Shown here one piece after another: positions 12,468 to 24,568 of a stretch of 64,000 nt of DNA. This stretch comes from Chrysomallon squamiferum (lineage: Eukaryota; Animalia; Mollusca), in the NCBI GenBank assembly GCA_012295275.1, contig CM022667.1, positions 6,882,001 to 6,946,000 of the forward strand, given 5' to 3'. The notes beneath the pieces are model-generated. The model was given only the letters and a program-made list of their open reading frames with translations, had not been told where the DNA came from and did not search any database. The position numbers and the translations under genes are program-made. Each line of letters starts with the position of its first letter. Position 1 is the stretch's first letter.

Positions 12468-13057
12468 CTCACCAGAAAAAGAGAAAGACGAAATTTCTAA
12501 TCACTTAACGCTGCCTTAAAAACAGAAGCACGTAATTTCAACTGCATGACGTCATACGTACATTCCTCCATTAAACTAAATACCACCACTGTAACGGCGT
12601 CCTCTAAACGACAGTCTGAAATAAATAAATAAATAAATAAATAAGACAGAGAGAAAAAAGAAAAGAAAGAAATTAAAATCAGGTACATTTTTTATTATAT
12701 TTTATTTTATTTTTAAATTCAGTGAAAACAATTAATTGTCATCAGTGTAAATTATATCGTCAAGGATAAAGTGCTTATCGATGTTATAAAGAAAGAGCTG
12801 ACGACAATAACAATAACTTGAAACAACATCTGAATAAAGAAATAAAAGCACACACACACACAAACACACATATACAGACAGACAAACACACTCACAAACA
12901 TACGCATAAGGGAAGGTCCCTAACAATATTAACATGTACAAATGTTTTTAATGATTCAGTGATTCATTCACATGACACAAAAACGTATGTACTAGACACT
13001 GGCAAACGTCACTGCTTGCTCTCACCCAGTCGGACACACACACACACACACCCCTCC

Positions 13058-13146
<89 letters not shown>

Positions 13147-13165
13147 GTTGTTTGTTGGCTACTCA

Positions 13166-13366
13166 CAATATAATACATCCATGAAAATCCGTGTTGCCGG
13201 AAATTTAGATGAGGCAAGAGATTTTTTCTCTGAAAGAAACAAAACATTAAATTTAAATTTTACATCTATAGCAAATGTTACAGAGATTGATTGGAATGGA
13301 AAGTAAAAGAGAAAGTTTAATAAATTGTTTCTCTTTAACGGTGACTTCTTTCTGATATATCTTTAG

Positions 13367-13416
<50 letters not shown>

Positions 13417-13626
13417 TGATGATAATTATATTTGTATTAATAAAATTTCACATTGGTGAAATGTTACATAATCTTCGTCATTTAACATCTTAACAATACG
13501 TTATATTTAAGTGTTAGTAACACACACACACACACACACACACAAATGTATATGTATGTGTGAAAATTAATACGAGACAATCAAACACTGATTTGTTATT
13601 TTACTTTGAAGTTAGTTTTATTTATA

Positions 13627-13692
<66 letters not shown>

Positions 13693-13995
13693 CATAAGAT
13701 AATGGTAAAAGCAGAAATCTAACATGAAAACTCTTACCAAAAACTTTCAGTGTGTATTTATTGCTTTTTGTTTTGTCATACTGCAGTGAACACCACCAAA
13801 CAATGAGTTCTTCACTTTTAACTTCACTTATATTCAAAGTGTAAGTCTTAGTTTGTGACGCTGTGTTTTCTGATCCACTTCCACAGGTAACAACATAACC
13901 AGGTGGTGGTTTAGTAAACAGAGAACAAAGTGAGTTTTGAAACATGCTGTCCAGTTCTGATCACTGATTGGCTGATTCTAATGATGATGATGATG

Positions 13996-14052
<57 letters not shown>

Positions 14053-14283
14053 TATATGTAAGAAATTGTGCAAGTGATAAATAATTAAAAATTTCCTCAT
14101 GTGTAATTTCATGCAACAAGTTTTCAAAATTGTATGTGTTTGAGTAATGTATTTGCTGAAGTTGTGGTGAAAGCATATTTATTCTACACAAAAATAAATA
14201 AATAAATAAATAAATAATTCACTACCTGAACACATATCGATGTGAAGTAAGAAAGCGGATAGAAGAAAGGTGAAAAAAGACAT
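13166..14283 (-). pseudogene. Broken paralog of the Ig/GPI gene
   Basis: Leader exon 14283-14226 (MSFFTFLLSAFLLHIDMCS|gtagt). The Ig exon (~13945-13738) lacks its acceptor and first Cys and is fused to intron sequence homologous to ~12200. The tail exon (~13229-13167) has a 1-nt deletion relative to 7348-7282. No terminal exon found nearby. Confidence 0.7.
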
Positions 14284-14663
14284 CTTCTCAACAGAAAAGA
14301 AAAAAGACGAAATTTCTAATCATTAACGCTGCCTCAAAAAGAGAAGTACGTAATTTCATCTGCATGACGTCATACGAACATTCCTCCATTAAGTTAAGTA
14401 TTCTCTCTGTAACAACGTCGTCTAAGCAAGAGTTTGAAATAAATGAATGAATGAATGAATGAAAAAGACAGAGAGAGAGAAAAAAAATGAAAATTAAGTA
14501 CATTTTTATTTTTTAAATGGTAATACGAAACATTGCCAGTGAAAACAATTAATTATAATCAGTGAAAATTCAGGATATAGTGTTTGATCTATAATCGATG
14601 TTAAAAAGAAAGAGCTGACAACAATAACAATAGCTTGAAAGAAGATCGGAATAAAGAATTAAA

Positions 14664-14698
<35 letters not shown>

Positions 14699-17649
14699 AT
14701 ATCCCTAACAATATTAATATGTACTGTTTTATTAATGATTCAGTGATTCATTCACATGACACAAAATAAAACATACAAAAAGGAATTTTAAACTTTCTTT
14801 ACTTTAATTTGAAATAAAACAAACTGAATTAACTAAAAGAATACAATTTATAAACTGACTAAATGGAACACCGTGCAAACTAACTAAACAAAAAACAAAA
14901 TAAAAAAACAACAACAAAAATAATACTATTAATAACAATATGCTAATAAAAAATAAATAAATAAATAAAATAAAATAAAAATAAATAAACAGAATACAAT
15001 GAAATCCAAGAAGAAAAAGATTAAAAAAAAAACTAAATTTAAAGTGCAAAATATATATTACTGACTCAATAATTTTGCAAATGGAAGGAATATCTATTTA
15101 AATACTATTCACATCTCAGTAATAATAATTAAAAAATTAAACTGAATAACTAAATAAAGTAAACTGTAAATAAATAAAGTAAAAGTAAATAAATATATAA
15201 AACTAAACGTAGACATAGATGTAGAATAATTGAAACATTTTAAGTTAAAATATAGATATAAATGAATTAAATATTCTTTACACATTTTTATATTTTGAAA
15301 ATCAATATCAATTTACAAAAATAGTATCTGAAACTACAGAGATATTGAAAACATTATATCTTAGAATATGCATTATATACTTTTTTGAGCTTTTTGATAA
15401 AACAAAAAATAAATGGAACATTAATATCGCAAAATTCCTTAAAAACATGTTTTGTCATATGTCATTTTAAAATTATTTATTTATCTGAACAAATCTAGTT
15501 ACTCTCTACTATAACAATTATTCAGGTGTTATTATGGTAAAAATTGTTTCTAAGATTTTGTTCAGTGTGACTTACATGTTTATTCACTAGATATGACTTT
15601 TAGACTTGTCTCGTTTTTCTTAAATCTGTTATATTTAGAGTTTATGTAGAGATGTGTTAACTGGTGTATTTGTGAAAAGACAGAAACTGTGTGCGTCGTA
15701 GGCTGTAACTATAATTACAGGTGCTAATGTAATAATTAATGTGAATGTTGTAGTTTAGACATATATATTTGTGCCTATCTGCGTATGTGTGTAGATGATT
15801 GTGAATATAAGCTGATTGTAGAATCATAGTTCTTGATTTATCCTCAGTGCAGTTAAGAAATATAATTTTAAACATAATTTAGTATATAAATATACAACAC
15901 AAGCTTTAGAACAATGGAAGAAGAGAAAAGAAAACAGAATCAAAGTAGAGATAATATTTTTTCTAATTATCAAAGTTTTACAATTTTCATCTTTATTTCT
16001 CACTAAATACATCACTCTTGATGACCAGCCTTTAAAGAAACAAAAGAAAACAATATTAAAAGATTACAGTGTTTACAGTGGTAATTTATGTATTAAAAAT
16101 TAACTTACTCTATTGAAATTTTGACAATTGTTAAAATATTTGATTGTATGTACAAGACGAAACTGATAATATCCTACATGTAGAATTAATGTGTTTTAGT
16201 GAAAAAAATAGCAGAAAAACGAAACAAATGTCCGTTAAAGAAATCTGAGAAAACAATTTATCAATGTACACAAATATGTACTAGACACTGACACACGCAC
16301 GCACACGCACACGCGCGCACACACACAGAGACGACATTTAATAAAGTTCTTATTTGGAAGTTACGTTAAAACAACACATACACAAACACACACACACACA
16401 CACGCACACACATATATGTATATATATTGTCATAGCGCAAAATTTGGTATTCTAGGTTAAATGAATAAATAAAAAAATCGGTGATACATGAACGATACTA
16501 ACTAAACTTTAAACCTGGTTACAATCCTGACAATGACAATGCATTTATTCTCATTAATTGTAGGATTACAGTTCAGATATAAAATAACAAAACTAAACAG
16601 ACAGGGTGGGCATTTGTCGTCATAGCACACCCTTTCACATACAATCGATAACATGCATTAAATAACATAGTTGTGAGGAAATCTTGTTTTGACTTTTGCA
16701 AATTAAGTTCACCAAAAGGGTATTATTCTTATTGAAATAGAAATACAGAGTGGATACCGTACTAGTTCACCATATATCATAAAACCAGCATTTACTAAAA
16801 TGTAAATGTTTACAAAATTTCTTATGGAGTCTTTCTATTAAATATACATTCATAAAACCCCATATTTCAAGATATAAAAAAAAATAATTAAAAAAATAAT
16901 AATTAAATAATTAAATAAATAAAATAACGCGATCTCCCAACAGCACAATAAACTATTCAATACACAATAAACATGCCAGAAGTTTCATAAACTATTACAG
17001 CAGGACGGAATATTAAGAATTAAACATATAACAAAGAAATATCCGCTCAGATGGTTACAAAACCCACTTACATCAGTTTTAATAAAAACGGAAAAAGAAA
17101 ATATAATCAGACAGTCCACACTGACCTGAACAATTTTAGACTGTCATTTGTTACTGTGTTAGATATGTCCTTTTATAACTACTTTTTATTTGATTTTATT
17201 ATATCGATATGTTTATTTCAGTAATGTCCTTATGTTAGTCTGCTTACTTTATCGAATAGATTACTGTAGAACATAGATAACTGTAAGAAAGTTGACAATT
17301 AAATAACATTTATGAAATAGAGAGGTTAGAAATATGATTTGTTACTGTTATTCTAGATAAAATGTCTGATTGATCAAATATAAGAATATTTTATAATGTG
17401 ATTAATTTAATGTAATTATTTCATGTAAATAAAAAATGTGCACACTGACAAATATACTTGTCATATGTTGTTCTTTTACACTGCCTTAGGTCTACCTTCC
17501 TCCCTACCCATATTTCACAGAAATAGCTGAAAATAGAGAATTAGATACACATCTACATGTCATAGCTTTACCCCACCGACATTCCACATAATCAGTCTGA
17601 CCAAAAATAGGACAGTTATAATTACAGACAGACAGAGAGATAGAGGAGG

Positions 17650-17758
<109 letters not shown>

Positions 17759-17854
17759 TGTGTATTTTTCTGAAGTATTCTGATGTATTCGGAATATAAA
17801 CATTTTATGTATGATTCACAGAAAAATCTATTGATAAAATTGCCTTAATTTGAC

Positions 17855-18625
17855 CATCATCATTACTATTCAGCCGTAGTGTCCCTTTGTACGATGAAAT
17901 CTTCAGCATGTCGTTTGCACATCTTTCTGTTCTGCGTTGTCGTCTGCCAGATGGTTCCTTTCCAGTACACATTTAGTTCATCCCACGGACATATTACTGG
18001 ACTTCCTCTAGATTTTTTCCTTCGTTTCGTTTCCAAAGATTTTATTTGATGCGTCAGGTTCACTACTAAGCTTTCAATAATATCTTTCAGTCCCGATATA
18101 TGATTTTAATACATCTCTTTCCATCTTTGTCTGTGCGGCTGTTGGTTTGTTCTTTGCCTGTTAAGTTAACTTCCATGTTTCTCCTGCGCGTGTCACTAGT
18201 AGGAGTACACAGTACTAGTAGGAGAACACAGTACTAGTAGGAGAACACAGTACTACTAGGAGTACACAGTACTAGTAGGAGTACACAGTACTAATAGGAG
18301 AACACAGTACTAGTAGGAGAACACAGTACTAGTAGGAGTACACAGTACGAGCTGCACACTTGGCTCTTCAAGCAGGTTTCCAATGAAGACTTCGCGGTTT
18401 TTTGCTAATGCGACCAGGCGGGCCCTGATACTTTTTAAATTTCCTTTTCTTGATTTTTGTCATTCGTCCTTTAACTCAGTATTATCTATCAGCGTGTTGC
18501 CGTTTTCTAGCATCACCTCTGTCTTCGACCTATTCATCTTCCATTTCTTGTTTCTCAGTTTCAATAGCCAGATCCTGAAACATTTCTTGTAGTTCGTGAA
18601 AAATGTCTTCGTGAAGATGACTGAG
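17855..18625 (-). mobile_element. Decayed, 5'-truncated RTE-clade LINE (RT C-terminal half)
   Basis: Frameshifted minus-strand peptides HELQEMFQDLAIETEKQ / KMNRSKTEVM / TCLKSQV..CVL / GETWKLT*QAKNKPTAAQTKMER / SRGSPVICPWDELNVYWKGTIWQ...RHAEDFIVQRDTTAE*, followed by a short (TGA)n tail. Recognised from memory of RTE ORF ends. Confidence 0.75.
18196..18348. repeat. 19-bp minisatellite (actagtaggagtacacagt) x8 inside the LINE
   Basis: Direct tandem copies with minor variants. Confidence 0.9.
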
Positions 18626-18706
18626 AATGGAGAAAACTAAGGGTTCCTTATATTACTTCGTTATTAACTAAGACTGGTAGATATATAATCAGTAAATCAG
18701 TTAATC

Positions 18707-18770
<64 letters not shown>

Positions 18771-19509
18771 TGAACTAAACTGAATGTAAATAATTTTTCT
18801 GTTCACTTTATCGTTTTATTTTATTGTTATACTTTTTAAATTTTTATTTTTTATTTTTACAATAATACGCCGCTCTCACCATCCCACAAATAATAATCAC
18901 AACAACAACAACAGCAACAGCAAGAACAATAAAAATCCCTATGGACAAGATAACTCCAATCTGAACGCTAATTAAATCAGAGCTCTTTAACAGAAAAAGC
19001 GAGCAAAATAAATAAGAATATATGACGTAAGGGGAAAATAACCTGCGTTAATTTTGCACTAAAAACAATCATGATTTTGGGGTGAATGAATTTTATTTTG
19101 TTATAGATATATAGGTAGATAGATAGAGAGTTAAAAATATTTTTGTTTGTTTATATAAGTAGATGTTCTTAGAAATAAAACTATGTATTTGACATATTAT
19201 GATATTCAGAATATACTCTTTTACAATAAATAAATAAATAAAAATGTTTTCGAGGAATTTCAGTGATGTATGCAACATTGCTTTAGTTTGAAGCAGTACG
19301 CTTGTTGCTGTCGTTGTTGTTTTGCAGCAGTACACCTATTAAAGTATTATTATTGTTGTTATTGTTACTTTGTGCTTCTTATTGTTTCTGTTGTTGTTGT
19401 TGTTTTTTTGGGGGGTTGGGTTTTTTGTGTGTTTTTTGTTGTTGTTTTTTGTTTGTCTCACTGAAACTATATATATTTACAATTAAGTAAAGAATAGAAA
19501 AACTTTAAA

Positions 19510-19700
19510 TAGGTGTCGGCATCTTTCGCTACTTTCCGGAACCGGCATTAAAGCGATCACTAATAGCAGGAAAAACCAGTCAATTTTGCGAGTCTGTTCC
19601 GGAAACCTGTTCGCACACGACCTTTATCTGCATCTGCTTTTTCTGTGGCAATCGAAGAAAAAAGAATTAGTGAAACAAGGAGACCGTTTAGTATTTCAAA
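19510..19700 (+). promoter_or_regulatory. Probable NPEPL1 promoter / 5' non-coding exon region
   Basis: Local CpG-rich patch with two TTCCGGAA (ETS-type) motifs, just upstream of the CpG-poor gene body. The first coding exon has its own AG acceptor at 20365-20366. Confidence 0.4.
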
Positions 19701-20385
19701 TGTATATATGAGTACTGTATTAGAATTACATCTTTAAATTGTCTGTATAAATTGCATCATAATATTAGCTCGATTTTAAGAGAATAGATTCCTAAAACTA
19801 GTAAAACCATCGTTTTCCTCCCCTGAACTTGCTTAAGTTTAAATATTCAAACCCTAAACAGTCTTTATTATTATTATTTCTTTTAATTTTTAATACATCT
19901 ATTTCTTCTTCTTCATTATTTCTTTATTATATTATTACTTAGTTTTTTGTTTTGTTTGTTTGTTTGTTTTATTTATTTCTTTTTATTAGTATTTTAGATA
20001 AATCAACATCGAGGAACTAATGATATTTAATTTTTATAATAGTATATTATATACTAGGGTTTTTGCTATGTATGTTTAATATATGTACAACGTATATACT
20101 AGATTATCTGCTTGGAATCCATTTACAGCATAGAGCAGCTGTTTGCAGCTATTTACCATCATACTGCTATTGCCAGTCATTATGTTACTATTACAACTAA
20201 AGTGAAATAACAGTGACCATTTTAAACAAAGCCATCATAAGATATCCAACATATCTGTATTGTGAATTTTTACATTTTAATCTTTACATCAGATCTTGGC
20301 CGTGGATATAAATAATGGCATTTAAACTTTTATTTTATTGCTTTATTTATTTATTTATTTTATCAGATATGAGTCAGATGCTGTG

Positions 20386-22839
20386 ATGGCATCTCTGAAA
20401 TTCTCCAAGGTGCTGACAGCATGTGACCCTCGCAAAAACCCAGTGCTTATTGTTGGTCAGACAAAAAACCTGGCATTGGTATCGTACAACCAGGTTCAGT
20501 CAAAACTTGAACCAAGAGTAGATGAGGAGGTATACATATTAAACATTTTTACCCGTATGTATATTTATCATGTTTACTAATATATGTATTTCACATTTTG
20601 AGCCAAATATATATATATATATATTTTTGATATCAAAACCAAATTATAGGCCTATACATCTTTTTCACATTCATTTTTATCCTGGATTATTAACCAACTT
20701 TCATGTCAGAAAAAAGTCCTATATGTTAACAAAAGTACAATAATCAGACATTTGTATGAAATTATATTTTGATGATCGTAATTATTGGTCTGCTGTTTGT
20801 TTTCGACCTATTGTAATTATTGGTCTGCTGTTTGTTTTTAAACATATTGTAATTATTGGTGTGCTGTTTGTTTTTATACATATTGTAATTATTGGTCTGC
20901 TGTTTGTTTTTAAACATATTATAATTATTGGTCTGTTATTTGTTTTTAAACATATTGTAATTATTGGTCTGCTGTTTGTTTTTAAACATATTGTAATTAT
21001 TGGTGTGCTGTTTGTTTTTAAACATGCTGTTTGTTTTTAGACATATTGTAATTATTGGTCTGCTGTTTGTTTTTAAACATATTGTAATTATGGGTCTGCT
21101 GTTTGTTTTTAAACATATTATAATTATTGGTCTGCTGTTTGTTTTTAAACATATTGTAATTATTGGTCTGCTGTTTGTTTTTAAACATATTGTAATTATT
21201 GGTCTGCTGTTTGTTTTTAAACATATTGTAATTATGGGTCTGCTGTTTGTTTTTAAACATATTATAATTATTGGTCTGCTGTTTGTTTTTAAACATATTA
21301 TAATTATGGGTCTGCTGTTTGTTTTTAAACATGTTGTAATTATTGGTCTGCTGTTTGTTTTTAAACATATTGTAATTATTGGTCTGCTGTTTGTTTTTAA
21401 ACATGTTGTAATTATTGGTCTGCTGTTTGTTTTTAGACGTACAACACAGCTGTCCTCAGTTTGCACCCTTCACCAACAGACTCCTGTTCTTTGTGGCTGA
21501 ACAATGCTACAGTGGCAGCACTTCCTCCAAAATGCAGCCGTCACAACACCCCTTCACGATGTCACTCACTGACTAAAGTTGTTAAAAGTTGCCTTGTTGG
21601 AGGTGATGAGAGTGTTGTGGTAAATAGTCGTATTTCAAAACTGTCATAATTTAAAAACTATTTTGTGATAAATACATTTATTTTTAAAACTACTGGAGTT
21701 AAAAAATTGTTTTGTGGCACAATACTTTTATTTTAAACTTAACAAATTAGAATTACATGCATGTTCATTAAAGAATTTTTTTTTTATCTGATTGTATCAC
21801 TGTTGTAAATGTTGAATTAAGTTAGAAATGTGTTTGATGTAGATAATCTGTGAGCGCAGTGATGTTTATGTATTTTGAATTAAGTTAGAGATTTGTTTAT
21901 GTAGATAATCTGTGAGCGCAGTGATGTTTATCTATTTTGAATTAAGTTAGAAATGTGTTTATGTAGATAATCTGTGAGCGCAGTGATGTTTATGCATCGG
22001 CGTGTGCAGTCGCCAGATCACTTCCACTGTATTCAGCCAAGTCACAGCAGTCACAGACGAAGCGAAGCATCACGGTTGAGTTCATTCTGGTGGGACCTGA
22101 CTGCGACGTGCCACTCACTGATGATGATGTAGACTGTCTGAACATGGCTGCTGATGCTGTGAGACTTGCAGCGAAGGTGGTTGACATGCCCTGCGCCGAG
22201 ATGCACACAGACGCATTCATTGACGTACGTTTAACATCTTTTTTTCTCTTTGATAAACTTAGCTCTGTTCCAGTCAAACCTTTCCTAGACTTTTATTTCA
22301 GTCTTCTGATAACAAATTTGTTAGATTACAAACATTGCTTGATTAATGCTAATCAGATAGTAAATAATCTTCGGTTAGTAATCAGATAATAAATTCATTG
22401 CTAATCACATGCCACTGCACTGATTTTACAACTACTGATAACTAACAGTTTTCATCCTCGCTATTAACTGTCACAGCTTGGATTTTGTTGTAACTGTTTA
22501 GAATGTCCCAGATAAACATCATGTAGCATCCATTTTTATTTAAAAGGAGACCAGTCAGGAGTGAAGTGAAACTGTTAACAAAACTCAACATTGTTCTTTC
22601 CAGTCAGTGGGATTGTAAGCATAGCACAGATCTGTTGCTACTAAACTGACCATATTCATGCTTATTTATCACTGACATGTTAATCCATGTTTCAGGAGAT
22701 CAGGAGAGTGGGGCAGGCACTGAATATTGAGCCTACAGTCATCCAGGGAGAAGAGTTGAACCAGAAGGGATTTGGTGGTACGTTTTGTTTAACCTTTAAA
22801 TCACCACAGTGATTGTATGCAGGCTGAGAAATACTCCCT

Positions 22840-22902
<63 letters not shown>

Positions 22903-24532
22903 ATGAAAACAAACACAAATATACAGAATAGTAGTTAAGCTTAACACTCGTATTCTTATATGTACACAGTGAAACACTACACAGTCTTTGTAAAAACACA
23001 GCAAATATTTGCCTTGCAATAAGTAGCAATTGTACTCTTTGTGCTTTCCTGCACTTATATGGTTAAAAAAAAAACAAAATAACACAACTAATACTACTAC
23101 TTAGGTTTGTTTTGAAATGTAAATACATAAATTAAAAAAATCAAGATGTCTAACTAAAAAGTTAATGTAAGTGTGTGTGTTGAATTGAAATTTTAATCTG
23201 TAGATATTTGTTGATTTCAACTGAAATGTTTGTTTGTGTATTTCAGTGTGTATGTGTATGTAAATGAGTTAAAATGTTAGTACAGTGGGACCTTGAGTTA
23301 TGAGTTTAATTTGTTCCCAGACTGAGCTCTTAACTCAGTCAGTTGGGGCACTTGTAAGTCAAGGTACCACTGTACTTCAGTGTGTAAATAAGTTAAAATG
23401 TTAATATTTGAATGTTTAGGTATGTATGTAAATAAGTTAAAATGTTAATATTTGAATGTTTAGGTATATATGTAAATAAGATAAAATGTTAATATTTGAA
23501 TGTTTAGGTATGTATGTAAATAAGTTAAAATGTCAGTATTTGAATGTTTAGGTATATATGTAAATAAGTTAAAATGTTGATATGTTTAGGTGTCTATGTA
23601 AATAAGTTAAAATGTTGATATGTTTAGGTGTCTATGTAAATAAGTTAAAATGTTGATATGTTTAGGTATCTATGTAAATAAGTTAAAATGTTGGTATGTT
23701 TAGGTGTCTATGTAAATAAGTTAAAATGTTGATATGTTTAGGTGTCTATATAAGTAAGTTAATATGTTGATATGTTTAGGTGTCTATGTATGTAAGTTAA
23801 AATGTTAATATTTGATGTTTAGGTATATATGTATGTAAGTTAAAATGTTGATATGTTTAGGTGTCTATGTATGTAAGTTAAAATGTTGATATGTTTAGGT
23901 ATCTATGTATGTAAGTTAAAATGTTGGTATGTTTAGGTATCTATGTATGTAAGTTAAAATGTTGGTATGTTTAGGTATCTATGTAAATAAGTTAATATGT
24001 TGATATGTTTAGGTATCTATGGAGTTGGTAAAGGGGCTGAGAGGAGTCCAGCTCTTGCTGTTCTGAGTTACCAGCCAGCTGGTGCGACTAAGAACATTGT
24101 GTGGGTTGGGAAAGGAATTGTGTTTGACACTGGTGGACTCTGCATCAAGTCAAAAGTATGTTTTTTGTATATCTGAGAACAGTTTAAAAACATTTTACAA
24201 GTTTCTATCTGTATATGAACACAATTTAATATTTACAGTAATAAATGATAAATTATTTTTTGAAAGGTTTGACTCTTTTATGATACTGATAAGTATAAAG
24301 TGATGCTGTTAACGTGTTTATATTTCAGACAGGTATGGGGGGGATGAAGAGAGATTGTGGGGGAGCTGCTGGAATTCTGGCTGCATTTTGCTTTGCTGTC
24401 AAGATGGTGGGTATATTTTATTTATGACTGATAGACAGATTTTTAAATTTTAATCAAAATATAAAAAAATTCTCATTGCTGTTTTCCACTGATGTCTTTT
24501 ATCTCATTTTATTCTTTTTTTAAATACATCAC

Positions 24533-24568
<36 letters not shown>

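Noticed and set aside
18540-18600. Syntaxin SNARE-like peptide ELQEMFQDLA
   Set aside because: Better explained as part of the colinear RTE reverse-transcriptase remnant.
20756-21500. Hydrophobic HIVIIGLLFVFK repeat ORFs
   Set aside because: Translation of an intronic 36-bp minisatellite inside NPEPL1.
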